DNA from: Candidatus Binatia bacterium
GTDB lineage: Bacteria; Desulfobacterota; Binatia; UBA9968
Reading direction: 5' to 3'
Assembly: GCA_036506735.1 (NCBI GenBank)
Contig: DASXRG010000136.1
Location: forward strand, 17,654 to 81,653
Length of the DNA: 64,000 nt
How positions within the stretch are numbered: the first letter of the stretch is position 1; each line of letters opens with the position of its first letter. Below are positions 36,727 through 47,170 of the stretch, piece by piece. Both the position numbers and the translations under genes were made by a program. The notes under the pieces are model-generated. The model saw only the letters and a program-made list of their open reading frames with translations. It was not told the origin of the DNA and did not search any database.

Positions 36727-36895
36727 GGAAACCAGACAAGAGTTTCGAGTTTTGAGTTTCGCATCAACTTGATCCTTCGACCTTTCGATTTCACTCAAGG
36801 CCGCAATCCGGTCCAATGGTGAACCCAGGACTTCGAGTCGTGAGTCTTAGTCGAACGATCAAAGGCCGGTCAAGACGCGACCGCATTCAGCCTGT

Positions 36896-37984
36896 TCACT
36901 TGCGACCCACCGCGTCAAGGAATTTTTCCTGTACAGCCTCACAGGCTACGCGGTAGAGGAGATCTCGGTCGGGCGATTGAGCGAGGAATCCCAGCGGAAT
37001 TTGAAAGCCGCCTTTTTCTCTAATATTTCCACCGCCGTAATATGTTTGCCTTTCCTCATCGAGCCCGAACGCCTTCTTTAGAAACGTATCGGGCTTGATG
37101 GTGTCACTGCGGGTACGCATCGAACCGTCGACCGTTGCGCCGTCCACGATCCCGAATACGAGCACCGTGTCGATACCCTCACGTTGCAAGAGAAACTCGG
37201 AGACTTGCGGGATGCCGTCCCTATGCTCGGCGCGGACAAAGCCGACATCGGTGAGGATGATATTGTCGAATACCTGTTTCTTTTCCAGAGCTTTCTGGAG
37301 CATGTCCATTATCGCCGGCTTGAGAAACTGCGTAGAGATCTTTTTGATCAACGATTGGTCAACACAGGGCCAAAGGTAGGCCGCTCCTTCAAACTCCAAC
37401 CGACTCGCCTCGAGCATCGCCATGGTGTCCGACCGGATGCCGTGCATAAGCGCCGTAGCCAAGCGTACGTGCTCGATGTCCCCCGGGTTGAGGCCTTTGG
37501 GGAATTGCGCGCGCAGGTACTCTGCGTAGATGGCGGATGTGGACGAAGCGTCCTTACGGATATCCACAAACTCGGCAGGGATGTCGCCGAGCCGCGCATG
37601 GTGATCAACCAGAGAGAGCAAACCTTTGTTAACAAGCTTGTCTGAAATCGGATTGTCAATCTTTTGGGTATCGACAAAAGCCACGGCGCTGTAGGGCTGC
37701 AGGTCGAACTTATCGTTGTAGAGCTGCAGATCAATTTCCAGCAGTTTCACCAGGGCGCAGTTCTGCTGGTGACTGACCTCATGAAAACAGAGCAGCATGG
37801 TATCGATGTCAAACTGCTTGGCTAGCAGCGTGTGTGCCAGGCCCGAGGCGATACTATCCGGATCCGGGTAACCCGTGAGGACTACCAGTATCCTCTCGCC
37901 CCGGTGGCGCCGCAGCACCTCGCAAAACTCTTCCCACTTTTTGCTGGCTGCCTTCTCTTCTTCGAGGTTGACTCGCTCAACCAC
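36896..37984 (-). CDS. nrnA: DHH-family phosphoesterase (NrnA-like oligoribonuclease/pAp phosphatase; DHH + DHHA1)
   Basis: Motifs ILVVLTGYPDPDSIAS, VDHHARLGD (DHH), and C-terminal GGGNIREKGG (DHHA1 GGGH-like). Confidence 0.7.
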   Translation of the reverse strand: MVERVNLEEEKAASKKWEEFCEVLRRHRGERILVVLTGYPDPDSIASGLAHTLLAKQFDIDTMLLCFHEVSHQQNCALVKLLEIDLQLYNDKFDLQPYSAVAFVDTQKIDNPISDKLVNKGLLSLVDHHARLGDIPAEFVDIRKDASSTSAIYAEYLRAQFPKGLNPGDIEHVRLATALMHGIRSDTMAMLEASRLEFEGAAYLWPCVDQSLIKKISTQFLKPAIMDMLQKALEKKQVFDNIILTDVGFVRAEHRDGIPQVSEFLLQREGIDTVLVFGIVDGATVDGSMRTRSDTIKPDTFLKKAFGLDEERQTYYGGGNIREKGGFQIPLGFLAQSPDRDLLYRVACEAVQEKFLDAVGRK

Positions 37985-38300
37985 ACGCAGGGGTCGGTCT
38001 CCCTGCGCGGTTGCTTCAGCTTTGTTGGCCGTAGAGCTTTCTCCTTATAAATAAACGCCCTAGGATTAAACCGCGTCCACCCTCAATAGACCCTACGAAT
38101 GTGCGACCCGCAGCGTAACGCGCGCGACGCAGAACAACAATCAGGTGAGTTCGGGAGCTTAAAGAAAAAAAATCCTGAAGCAGCCGTCGGGAAATCCCTG
38201 GGGAGTGTTAACCACCACGATCGGCGCGGGAGTAATTTTTAGTGAAAAGAGGCCAATCGAGATTCGAGACCCGACTTTAGAGCCGGCGAAGGCGCAATTT

Positions 38301-39263
38301 TTATAACCTCCCCAACTCTTTTAGGACTTCCTCAGCGATTGAAGTGTCCGCCACCTGTTCCAAAGCGACGGTCTTCGGCAATCCCGCCTTTCTTTCTATC
38401 TCCAAGAGGTTCTCCACTCCGGCGGTATCGACGCGGCCGTCCCGGCTGAAAGCGTTGACCACGACTTCGTAGGACTCGCGCGCCATCGCCTCGTCCATCG
38501 CGAAGCGCTTGCGAATCACTTCGGTAGAACTCGCCCGCTCTTCGCGCAGGTGCCTCAACGCCTCCACCTCGGACTTCAAAACCCTTTTCACCTGCGAGCG
38601 GTTCTGCTTGATTTTTTCGACGGTCGCGGAGAGCCCCGCCAACGGGATCGAGACGACATCGGCGGTATTCGCCAGCAGAGGGAAACCCTCGCGCTTCATT
38701 AAAATCGAAAACGGCGGCGCGACCAGAATTGCGTCCACGCGCTTTGCCTTGAAGGCCTCGACGACGAACTTCTCCTCGCCGATCGCGAGAAACTTGACGT
38801 CACGATCGGGATCGAGGCCGAAGTGCTGCAGCAGCAGCCGGCCGCTGATCTGGTTGGTGCCGCCGAGACTGGTGACGCCGACTACGCGCCCTTTCAGCTC
38901 TTTGACGCTTTTGATCGATGGATAGACGATGAGACTGAAAAACGGCGCCTTGATGCTGGTCGAAAAGGCGCGCACCGGAGCGCCCCTGGCCGCCGAGCGG
39001 ATCGCCGAGCCGAAGACTTCCGCATAATCCGCGTCGCCGCTGACCAGCGCCGCGATGTTGACCGCCGGGCGCGCCTGCACCAGCTCGGCGCTCAAACCGT
39101 TCTTGGCGTAAAGGCCGCGATCTTTGGCGATGAAGGCGGCGAGAAACGAGAGCGAGTTGTTGGCGTAGGTGATGCGGATTTTTTCCTGCGCGTGGGCCGA
39201 ACAAACCGCGAGCAGAAGGACGAGGAGAAAACTCGCCGCATACCCAATCCCTTGTCGCTTCAT
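38301..39263 (-). CDS. NMT1/SsuA-like periplasmic SBP, orphan
   Basis: Signal peptide ASFLLVLLLAVCSAHAQE. SsuA-like core (LVSGDADYAEVFGSA; LKGRVVGVTSLGGTNQ). Confidence 0.75.
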   Translation of the reverse strand: MKRQGIGYAASFLLVLLLAVCSAHAQEKIRITYANNSLSFLAAFIAKDRGLYAKNGLSAELVQARPAVNIAALVSGDADYAEVFGSAIRSAARGAPVRAFSTSIKAPFFSLIVYPSIKSVKELKGRVVGVTSLGGTNQISGRLLLQHFGLDPDRDVKFLAIGEEKFVVEAFKAKRVDAILVAPPFSILMKREGFPLLANTADVVSIPLAGLSATVEKIKQNRSQVKRVLKSEVEALRHLREERASSTEVIRKRFAMDEAMARESYEVVVNAFSRDGRVDTAGVENLLEIERKAGLPKTVALEQVADTSIAEEVLKELGRL

Positions 39264-39303
39264 GATTTTTTTTCACCCGGAACTTGGAACTCGGAACTCG
39301 AAA

Positions 39304-40290
39304 CTATTTTTTTCCGTACAGGCGATCGATATAACCGCTCTTTTTGATCTCCTCCATGAGACTCGTATCGATGAAATCCTTGGCCTGAGGATTGCGGTCC
39401 TTCGAGGTCAAAATCGAATCCAACGCCGCCTGGATGCCCTTCAACTCGGGTATCGGATACTCGCGCAGACTGCCCGCAAGCCTGGCGTAAACTTCTTTGG
39501 CGGCTTGTGGATCGTCGACACCCTCCTGTTTCATAGCCGCGAGCGGCACCTCCGGCCGGGTTTTGAAGACGTGGATTCCGTCGATGTAGGACTCCAGTAG
39601 TTTTCGCAAGGTCTCCCGCCGCGTTTGGAGAACGGATACGGGAGCGACGATGCCGAAGCGCGCATAATCCAACGGCAGCTCTGAAAGATCCGCCAGCACT
39701 CGGCAACACTTCGTGGCCAGCACCTTGTAAACTTGCTCGGGACTCACCAGCGCCCCCTCGACGTGGCCGCCGACCAGCGCGGTGATTCGCGTCGGCGTAT
39801 TGCCCGACTGCAGAATCGTCACGTCCTTCTCGGGATTGAGCTTCAAGAAGCGCAGCGCCAGTCTCGTCGTTACGTCGGAGGCCGAGCCGAACCGGCTGAT
39901 CGCGATGCGCTTGCCTTTGAGATCATCCGCCGTCTTGACGTTGCTGCGCACGACGAGATAGTGCTCCAGCCGGTTGATCGTGACCGCGATCACTCTTACA
40001 TCCAGGATGCCGGCTACCTTTGGACTGAGCTGTGCGGGCACATCGGAATCGGTGACAATAACGTCCCCCGCTATCATCGCCTGCGACATGATGCTGCCGC
40101 TGTTGAAATAGATGGGCTTCACATCCAGGCCGCGCTTCTGCCAGAGTCTCTCCCGCTCGATCACGAGGCGCAGTGTGCCGCTCACGCCGGTGCCGCTGTA
40201 GCCCATATTGATCGTCTCAGCTCGAATCGTCTGCGGGGAAAATACCGCCGCTGACACCATCGCCAAAACCAACGCAACGCGTCGCATCAA
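39304..40290 (-). CDS. NMT1/SsuA-like periplasmic SBP, orphan
   Basis: Signal peptide VALVLAMVSAAVFSPQTIRAE. Core motifs (MIAGDVIVTDSD; LKGKRIAISRFGSASD). Confidence 0.75.
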   Translation of the reverse strand: MMRRVALVLAMVSAAVFSPQTIRAETINMGYSGTGVSGTLRLVIERERLWQKRGLDVKPIYFNSGSIMSQAMIAGDVIVTDSDVPAQLSPKVAGILDVRVIAVTINRLEHYLVVRSNVKTADDLKGKRIAISRFGSASDVTTRLALRFLKLNPEKDVTILQSGNTPTRITALVGGHVEGALVSPEQVYKVLATKCCRVLADLSELPLDYARFGIVAPVSVLQTRRETLRKLLESYIDGIHVFKTRPEVPLAAMKQEGVDDPQAAKEVYARLAGSLREYPIPELKGIQAALDSILTSKDRNPQAKDFIDTSLMEEIKKSGYIDRLYGKK

Positions 40291-40325
40291 AGTTTTACCC
40301 GCCCTTTCTTAAAGCCATTGGATTG

Positions 40326-41252
40326 TCAGCTCCGCCGCCTGCGAGCGCGCCACTTTCGCAGCAGCCACACGAGAAGCAGGATCGCGATGAAAACCGGCGC
40401 GAGCCACACCCAACCTTTTACGAATCGCACCGCCGAGTAGACCGGACTGCTATCGACCGTTACAGTTTTGGTGAAAACGGGAAGTTCCCTTCTTTCCTCA
40501 CTGTCGCTTCCGGGCACCTTGGTGCTCACCGTCACCGTGAGCAGCAACGACTGGGGTCCCGATCGCAGCGGCGTCACGTCCCAAATCCACGGGACCGGTC
40601 CCTCGCCTTGCAACATTCTTTCCTCGTCGTTCAAAGGGGTAATGTCGAAGCCGTCTCCCGATAGACGCGCCCGGATAGAGCTGCCGGCCGTGATCTCGTC
40701 CGCGTCCGTGATGCCGGATTCTTTCAGCGTCTTGGTAAAATCGTCGGCCAGCTCGTCCGGCACGCGCGCCTGGATCTTCTCCTTAATGCCGGCCCTCATG
40801 CGCTCGGGAGCATCGAAAACGACGCGCGCGCCGGCCATTTTTTCCAGCTGATCGCGCGCGATCAGCGCGGACAGCCGGGGACCGCCGGGCGACGGCGGCG
40901 GGGGCGTTTTCCGCGCGGGAGGAGATGTTTTCGCGGGCGGGTTCGCGCTCTGGGACGTGCCGGTCTGGGTTGCGCTCTTGCTCTCCGCCGTGCTCCTGGT
41001 TTTCGGCAGCCCTGCATCCGGGACATTAGCGGCAACGCGCACGGCGGGCTCGGGACAGACCGCCGGTTTGCACGCCGTTCCCGAGGGAGCATTCCGAACC
41101 GGCGGGCCGGCGAATGCCATTGGACTTTGACTCGGGAATTGAAGCTTGCAGGCGGAGCCCAGAGCCACGACCGCGAGAACCGACAGCGGCAGGATAAATA
41201 AGAATAACTTTTTTCTCCCCGCCGCGGGAGAGTTGGCCTTGCGCAATTTCAT
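40326..41252 (-). CDS. Hypothetical envelope protein: N-terminal signal, Pro/Ala-rich linker, folded domain, C-terminal TM anchor with poly-Arg tail
   Basis: LFLFILPLSVLAVVALGSAC leader. PPAKTSPPARKTPPPPSPGGP linker. C-terminal GWVWLAPVFIAILLLVWLLRKWRARRRRS. Confidence 0.5.
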   Translation of the reverse strand: MKLRKANSPAAGRKKLFLFILPLSVLAVVALGSACKLQFPSQSPMAFAGPPVRNAPSGTACKPAVCPEPAVRVAANVPDAGLPKTRSTAESKSATQTGTSQSANPPAKTSPPARKTPPPPSPGGPRLSALIARDQLEKMAGARVVFDAPERMRAGIKEKIQARVPDELADDFTKTLKESGITDADEITAGSSIRARLSGDGFDITPLNDEERMLQGEGPVPWIWDVTPLRSGPQSLLLTVTVSTKVPGSDSEERRELPVFTKTVTVDSSPVYSAVRFVKGWVWLAPVFIAILLLVWLLRKWRARRRRS

Positions 41253-41434
41253 GAACTCGACTGCTATTGTATGCGGAATCGCGCCCTAAACCAAAGCGCG
41301 CGACCGCTTTTTATTATCATTCGGTCGTTGGGCTTGCAAAGAGAGAGCGCGCGCCGCTCGCCCGCTCAACGGGGGGTACTTGCAAAAGATCTCCTCGGAG
41401 CTAAGCTTTACAAAGTCCCTAGAGGTGGAGAATT

Positions 41435-42013
41435 ATGATGCAAAGGCCGAGCGTTTTCATAGTCGGTTTCTCTATTCTGCTGGCAGGCTGTTCGGTAAGT
41501 ACTCAGGTCACGAACACCTCTCGTTCCGCTATCGAACAACGGCTGCTCGTTGGCTCATTGGAGCGTGCGCTGGACGCGCGCGATATCGAGCAATTCAAAG
41601 GCAAAACCGTCGGCGTTGATTTCTATGGCCTGACCGGTGACAAGGAATTTGCGCGGGAATTTTTCACCGCGTGGCTGCAAGAACACCGAGCGCGGGTCAC
41701 TCCAGACCCCCAAAAGGCGGAGTTGCGGCTCAAAGTTTTTGCCTCCGCCCTCGGAGTCGACAAAGGTCAATCTTTCTTCGGCCTTCCGGTTCTCACGGTC
41801 CCGGTCATAGGCGTCACCGTGCCTGAGATCGCTCTGTATAAATCCGTGAGGTACCGCGGACGCGCGGACGTTCAAATCTACACGTTGGATGCCGCGAACG
41901 GAGAGTTCGTCGAAAAGAGCCCGGAGAGAGCCGGCGAGACGAAGTACGACGACTACACGATCCTCGTCTTTATCAACTACACTCGCAGCGACCTGGACGA
42001 CCAAGACAGGTAA
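41435..42013 (+). CDS. Hypothetical lipoprotein
   Basis: Lipobox LLAGC (FSILLAGCSVS). 192 aa with no recognised domain. GGTGGAG RBS. Confidence 0.55.
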   Translation: MMQRPSVFIVGFSILLAGCSVSTQVTNTSRSAIEQRLLVGSLERALDARDIEQFKGKTVGVDFYGLTGDKEFAREFFTAWLQEHRARVTPDPQKAELRLKVFASALGVDKGQSFFGLPVLTVPVIGVTVPEIALYKSVRYRGRADVQIYTLDAANGEFVEKSPERAGETKYDDYTILVFINYTRSDLDDQDR

Positions 42014-42116
42014 CGGCGCCCAACGCTTCGCACTTCGCTTGCGGGAATCCCGCGCATTTCCGCCTGTTGCTATTCACCGCGACGCTCCTCTATGATCCGG
42101 TTCAAAGGAGACGGCC

Positions 42117-44303
42117 ATGGCCAACACGGTTGCGGCGGGCGGACTCAAAATAGACGAACAGTTGTTTCGCCTCGTGCGGGACGAGATCGCGCCGGGCACG
42201 GGCGTGGACGCCGATGATTTTTGGCGCTCGTTCGGCGCGATCGTGCGCGACCTGGGTCCGAAAAACCGCGCGCTGTTGGAAAAACGGGACGAGCTGCAAA
42301 AACAAATCGACGAGTGGCATCTTGCCCGCAAAGACCGGCCGTTCGATCTCAAAGAGTATAAGTCGTTTCTCAAAGAGATCGGCTATCTCGTCCCTGAGGG
42401 AAAAGATTTTCAGGCGGCAACCGCCGGCGTCGATCCGGAAATCACCGAGATCGCCGGCGCGCAATTGGTCGTGCCGCTCGATAACGCGCGCTACGCGCTC
42501 AACGCCGCCAATGCGCGCTGGGGAAGTTTGTACGACGCGCTTTACGGCACCAACGTGATTCCAGAAGACGGCGGCGCCGAGAAGGGCGAGAGCTACAACC
42601 CGCGGCGCGGCGCCAAAGTCATCGCCTACACCGAGGAGTTCTTGGACAAAGTGATCGGTCTCGAGCGCGGAAGCTTTTCGGACGCGGCGCGATTTTCTCT
42701 GAAAGACGCCGGCGGCAAGAAACAACTCGCGGCGACGATGAAGAACGGCGCGACGGCGGGACTCGCGGACCCGGGCAAATTTGCCGGCTATGTGGAAAAA
42801 GCGGGCGAGTTGACGAGTATTCTGCTGCGCAACAACAACTCGCACATCGAGATTCAGATCGATCGCAGCCACCCGATCGGCAAAACCCACGCGGCGGGCG
42901 TGAAGGACGTGGTCCTGGAATCGGCGATCACGACGATCGAAGACTGCGAGGACGCCGTGGCGGCCGTCGATGCCGCCGACAAGGTGACGGTCTATCGCCA
43001 CTGGTGCGGCATCATGAAAGGCACGCTCGAAGCGAGGTTCGAAAAAAACGGCCGGCCGCTCAACCGCGCGCTGAATCCGGATCGTATTTTCACGACGCCG
43101 GCCGGCGGGAAGCTCACCTTGCCGGGAAGAAGCTTGCTGCTCGTGCGCAACGTCGGCATCCACATGTACACCGACGCCGTGACGACGGAGGACGGCAGGG
43201 AGGTTCCCGAGGGATTTCTCGACGCGATGGTGACGGTGCTGGCGGCGCTACACGACCTCAAAGGAAAAAACCGAGGCGCCAACAGCCGCGCGGGGAGCAT
43301 TTACATCGTCAAGCCTAAACAGCACGGCCCGGAAGAAGTCGCCGCGACCGTCGAACTCTTCGAGCGGGTGGAAGACGCGCTCGGCTTGAAGCGCAACACT
43401 CTCAAGATCGGCATCATGGATGAAGAGCGGCGCACGACGGTGAACTTGAAGGAATGCATCCGCGCGGCCCGCGAGCGCGTGGTTTTCATCAACACCGGAT
43501 TTTTGGATCGCACCGGCGACGAAATTCATACGAGCATGGAATTGGGCGCGATGCTGCCGAAGGAAGAGATCAAAGCACAGCCGTGGATCAAGGCCTACGA
43601 AGATTGGAACGTGGACATCGGCATCGAGACCGGACTGCCGGGCAAAGCGCAGATCGGCAAGGGCATGTGGACGGCGCCCGACGAGATGCGCGAGATGGTG
43701 CAGACCAAGATCGCCCATCCCCAGGCCGGCGCGAACACCGCCTGGGTGCCGTCGCCGACCGCGGCGACCCTGCATGCGCTGCACTATCATTATGTCAATG
43801 TCGCCAAGCGCCAGGCGGAGCTGGCGAAAAGGGGCCGCGCGAGTCTGGATAACATTCTCACACCACCGTTGTTAGACCGGAAATTGAAGCCGGAGGAGAT
43901 CCAGCGCGATCTCGACAACAACGCGCAAGGGATCCTCGGCTACGTCGTGCGCTGGGTCGATCAGGGCATCGGCTGCTCCAAAGTGCCCAACATCCACGAC
44001 GTCGCGCTGATGGAAGACCGTGCGACGCTGAGAATCTCGAGCCAGCACATCGCCAACTGGCTACACCACGGAATTGTCACGAAGGAGCAGGTCATCGAGA
44101 CGCTGAAACGCATGGCGAAAGTCGTCGATCGGCAAAACGCCGGCGACCGCAACTACCGCAACATGGCGCCCGATTATGATAAGAGCATCGCGTTTCAGGC
44201 GGCGCTCGATTTGGTTTTCAAAGGCCGCGCAGCCCCGAACGGCTACACCGAGCCGGTGCTTCACGCCCGGCGTAGGGAAGTGAAGGCGGTGAAGCGAACG
44301 TGA
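42117..44303 (+). CDS. glcB: Malate synthase G
   Basis: 728 aa. Full-length match to malate synthase G hallmarks (MANTV...[26 protein letters not shown]...; catalytic ...[16 protein letters not shown]...; ...[16 protein letters not shown]...). Confidence 0.9.
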   Translation: MANTVAAGGLKIDEQLFRLVRDEIAPGTGVDADDFWRSFGAIVRDLGPKNRALLEKRDELQKQIDEWHLARKDRPFDLKEYKSFLKEIGYLVPEGKDFQAATAGVDPEITEIAGAQLVVPLDNARYALNAANARWGSLYDALYGTNVIPEDGGAEKGESYNPRRGAKVIAYTEEFLDKVIGLERGSFSDAARFSLKDAGGKKQLAATMKNGATAGLADPGKFAGYVEKAGELTSILLRNNNSHIEIQIDRSHPIGKTHAAGVKDVVLESAITTIEDCEDAVAAVDAADKVTVYRHWCGIMKGTLEARFEKNGRPLNRALNPDRIFTTPAGGKLTLPGRSLLLVRNVGIHMYTDAVTTEDGREVPEGFLDAMVTVLAALHDLKGKNRGANSRAGSIYIVKPKQHGPEEVAATVELFERVEDALGLKRNTLKIGIMDEERRTTVNLKECIRAARERVVFINTGFLDRTGDEIHTSMELGAMLPKEEIKAQPWIKAYEDWNVDIGIETGLPGKAQIGKGMWTAPDEMREMVQTKIAHPQAGANTAWVPSPTAATLHALHYHYVNVAKRQAELAKRGRASLDNILTPPLLDRKLKPEEIQRDLDNNAQGILGYVVRWVDQGIGCSKVPNIHDVALMEDRATLRISSQHIANWLHHGIVTKEQVIETLKRMAKVVDRQNAGDRNYRNMAPDYDKSIAFQAALDLVFKGRAAPNGYTEPVLHARRREVKAVKRT

Positions 44304-44368
44304 TTACTTTATTCGGGTAAATACCGGATACAAGTTTAAGCCGGCTTGGCGGATAATCGGTAGATGCC

Positions 44369-44737
44369 ATGGCCAGCCGGACCCAATGGACGATCGCGAT
44401 CCGTTGCCATCTATGCCATGGAAAATTCGCTCTGCGCCATCTGGAACTGGATAGCGTTTTCATCTCTCCGCTGACCACTTTCTGCCCGCATTGTCATACC
44501 CAGCTGCACGTCACGTCGGGACCGAACAACGCCCGGTACGCTTACTTGCAACGGGTCGACCTCAGAGAAGAAACAGAATCGATCTACAGAAAAACCAGCG
44601 GCAGCTACGTTTGGCACTTTTCCGAGGATTGTTCTCGCTGGCCCACAGACGCCTACGTGCAGATGGAAATCCAGCCTGACGTCGGCGAGATCTGCGGCGA
44701 GTGCAAAACCAAACAACGAAGAATGAGGGTTCACTAA
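44369..44737 (+). CDS. Small Cys/His-rich (zinc-ribbon-like) hypothetical protein
   Basis: 122 aa with CHLCHG...CPHCH and C-terminal CGECKTK, i.e. two CxxC pairs at each end. Confidence 0.45.
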   Translation: MASRTQWTIAIRCHLCHGKFALRHLELDSVFISPLTTFCPHCHTQLHVTSGPNNARYAYLQRVDLREETESIYRKTSGSYVWHFSEDCSRWPTDAYVQMEIQPDVGEICGECKTKQRRMRVH

Positions 44738-44749
44738 CTCCGCGGCTGC

Positions 44750-45265
44750 TCAGGACCTTGTCCCAAGAACATCCTTGGTCAATAACACCGCCACCGGCCG
44801 GTTCGAGTCTTCCGCCAAGATCCAGGCGTTCTTGAAAGTCCAATCGATGTCTTCCACGCTGCGCAGGACGTAGTGCCGGACGCCTAAAGCATCCAAGACG
44901 GGTATCGTCGCGGTTCCGACTCTGGCGAAGCCCCGATCGCCGATATCGCCCGCGTAATAAATAACCAGAAGCATCGGCAGCTCGAGTTGTATCCCCGTCG
45001 TCACGATGCCGTTGCAGCTGTTGAGCAGCCCCGCATTCTGCATGAGCATCGCCGGCTTTTTTCCGACCAAGCGGGCGCCGGCGCAAATCCCTATTCCCTC
45101 TTCCTCACGGCACAGAGGGACGTGGATGATCTCTGCGTCGCGCTCGAGGGCGTCGATGAGATCGAGGCAGTTGATATCCGGAAGGCTCGCAACGAGATTG
45201 ACCCCGGCTTTTTTCGCGCCGTCCAGGATCGCCCGAGCCCTGGCTTTTGCGTCCATCTCAGTCAC
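44750..45265 (-). CDS. Sulfopyruvate/phosphonopyruvate decarboxylase alpha subunit-like (TPP_enzyme_N, ComD-like)
   Basis: 171 aa. ...IHVPLCREEEGIGICAGARLVGKKPAMLMQNAGLLNSCNGIVT... is a ThDP pyrimidine-binding domain. 4-nt overlap with the upstream SBP gene. Confidence 0.7.
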   Translation of the reverse strand: MTEMDAKARARAILDGAKKAGVNLVASLPDINCLDLIDALERDAEIIHVPLCREEEGIGICAGARLVGKKPAMLMQNAGLLNSCNGIVTTGIQLELPMLLVIYYAGDIGDRGFARVGTATIPVLDALGVRHYVLRSVEDIDWTFKNAWILAEDSNRPVAVLLTKDVLGTRS

Positions 45266-46290
45266 TGGTAAAGCCGCGCGATCCAGCCGCTCTTGTCGAG
45301 TTCTTCCACGAAGCTGGTGTCGACAAAAGCCGCCGGATCGGCGCCCCTCGCTTCGGGCATCGACGACTCGGCAAAAGAGTCGAGAATCGCCTTGACCCCG
45401 TTTTGCGTCGGGTACGGTGCCCTGGACAGATAGCGCAGCGCGTACACGCGATACGTCTCCTCCAAAACCTCGGGATTCTGCGTCTTCGTGTATTTCTGAA
45501 TAATTTTGAGTGAGAACGTCTTGTCGATCTTAAAGCGATGGATCGCCTCGGTGAGGGAACGAATAAATTGGCCGACCGTTTCCTTGCGCTCGCGAATGAA
45601 GCGCCGCGTGGTTCCGTAGCAGGTGCTGGCGTACTCGATGCCCGTCGAGCCGGCGTCCATGAATTCCCGGAAGCCGAGCGTCTGCGCGGTGATGTTCGAA
45701 GGTGGAGAGAAGACGCCGCCGTCGAGCAGCCCCGACTTCATGCTCGCCAATATTTCCGGATAGCCGCCCATCGGGCGAACGACAACGTCCCGGCTCGGGT
45801 CGAGACCGGATCGTCTTAGTAGAGTGCGCAAAGTAAAATCCGAAAGGCTCCCCAGCGTGGTGACACCGAATCTTTTTCCCTTGAGGTCTTTCGGCTCCTT
45901 CATGTCCGCAAGTGTCATCAGCGAGAAGACCAAAGTGTTGTAAGTGGTCGCAATCAGCACGGCGTCCTTGGCCCCATTGAGATTCGCGGCGACCAGGGCG
46001 TTTCCTCCCGTGCCGATTACCTGCAACTGGTTTGAAAGAAGGGCCGCCATCGAACGCGGGCCGCCGGTAAGATAGACGAGATCTACGTCGAGCCCGTGCT
46101 TGCGGAAGATTCCGGTTTCCTTCGCGATCCACAAAACCGCCTGGGCCCCGCTGATCGAAGGATAACTGATCGTCAAATGATTGAGCTTGCCCTCCTGGGC
46201 AAACCCGAAAGCGCGCGCCAAAACGACCGCCGCCAAGACCAGTCCGCACGACGTGACTTTCCTCAAAGATTCACTCAACCTTTCTTCCAA
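45262..46290 (-). CDS. NMT1/SsuA-like periplasmic SBP embedded between decarboxylase subunit genes
   Basis: Signal peptide VTSCGLVLAAVVLARAFGFAQE. SsuA-like core (LLSNQLQVIGTGGNA; LKGKRFGVTTLGSLSD). Overlaps the comE-like stop by 16 nt. Confidence 0.75.
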   Translation of the reverse strand: MEERLSESLRKVTSCGLVLAAVVLARAFGFAQEGKLNHLTISYPSISGAQAVLWIAKETGIFRKHGLDVDLVYLTGGPRSMAALLSNQLQVIGTGGNALVAANLNGAKDAVLIATTYNTLVFSLMTLADMKEPKDLKGKRFGVTTLGSLSDFTLRTLLRRSGLDPSRDVVVRPMGGYPEILASMKSGLLDGGVFSPPSNITAQTLGFREFMDAGSTGIEYASTCYGTTRRFIRERKETVGQFIRSLTEAIHRFKIDKTFSLKIIQKYTKTQNPEVLEETYRVYALRYLSRAPYPTQNGVKAILDSFAESSMPEARGADPAAFVDTSFVEELDKSGWIARLYQ

Positions 46291-46904
46291 CTCCCGGGAA
46301 TGCGCGCCTGGAGGATCGGAATGCCTTCGGTCTGTTCGATGTGGCGAGTGAAACGATATTTGTTTTCAACGTCAGGCCAGGGCCACGGCGGCACCTCTCC
46401 CCGCCCCGGCGCTACTTTGGCGCAGATGAAGGTGTGTTCCCAGCGCGCCAACGCGTCGCTGAAGAGCTTTTTGAATTCATCCACGGAAGCGGCGCCAAAT
46501 GCGTTCTTGATGCCGACGCCCCTCGCCACGGCGACAAAATCGACGCCCTCCGCGGTTGCGGTCTTCGTTCCGCCCGAAGATTCATAGACACCGTTGTCGA
46601 ACACAACATGGATCAAGTTTTTCGGGTTCTTTCGCATGATCGTCGGCAGACCGCACAAGTTCATCAAAAGCGAGCCGTCGCCGTCGAGCGCGATCACTCT
46701 CCGCTGAGGCAAACCGAGAGCCATTCCCAAAGCGATCGAAGAGGTGAGCCCGAGAGTCCAACAGCGCAGGTTCCCATCGCTCGGACGATAGGCGTTCCAC
46801 TCGGACGACGTGCCACCGACGCAGACCACCACGAGCGCGTCGCCGACCGATCCGGCGATTTCTTTAAGACACTCGTGCCGTTTCACCAGGGTGACCCATA
46901 CCAA
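46275..46904 (-). CDS. Sulfopyruvate/phosphonopyruvate decarboxylase beta subunit-like (TPP_enzyme_C, ComE-like)
   Basis: ThDP-binding motif GDGSLLMNLCGLPTI...VVFDNGVYESSGG (GDG-x24-NN). Confidence 0.75.
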   Translation of the reverse strand: MVWVTLVKRHECLKEIAGSVGDALVVVCVGGTSSEWNAYRPSDGNLRCWTLGLTSSIALGMALGLPQRRVIALDGDGSLLMNLCGLPTIMRKNPKNLIHVVFDNGVYESSGGTKTATAEGVDFVAVARGVGIKNAFGAASVDEFKKLFSDALARWEHTFICAKVAPGRGEVPPWPWPDVENKYRFTRHIEQTEGIPILQARIPGSWKKG

Positions 46905-47014
46905 CGTTCCGACTACGCGTCAAGTTTCAGTCTCAAACGATCGTCGTTCTTGAAGCCGTGGAGCTTATTTTATAAGAAGGGTACGGAACGAGACGATCGC
47001 AGGAAGGATCGGCG

Positions 47015-47170
47015 ATGGACGTACGAGCCGCAGCCGCATTCGCGCCGGGGAAGCCTCTTAAAGTCGAAACCGTACAACTCGACGGGCCGAAAGAAGGCGA
47101 GGTCCTGGTCGAGATCAAGGCGACCGGAGTGTGCCACACGGACGAGTTCACGCGCTCGGGCGCTGATTCG
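47015..47170 (+). pseudogene. 5' fragment (first ~50 codons) of a class III alcohol dehydrogenase (frmA) paralog, with duplicated upstream promoter/RBS region from ~46919
   Basis: [49 protein letters not shown] matches the N-terminus of the intact gene at 51965. Upstream ~100 bp also align (gcgtcaag...cgttcttg...acgatcgcag.aagga). Homology ends abruptly after 47160. Confidence 0.6.
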
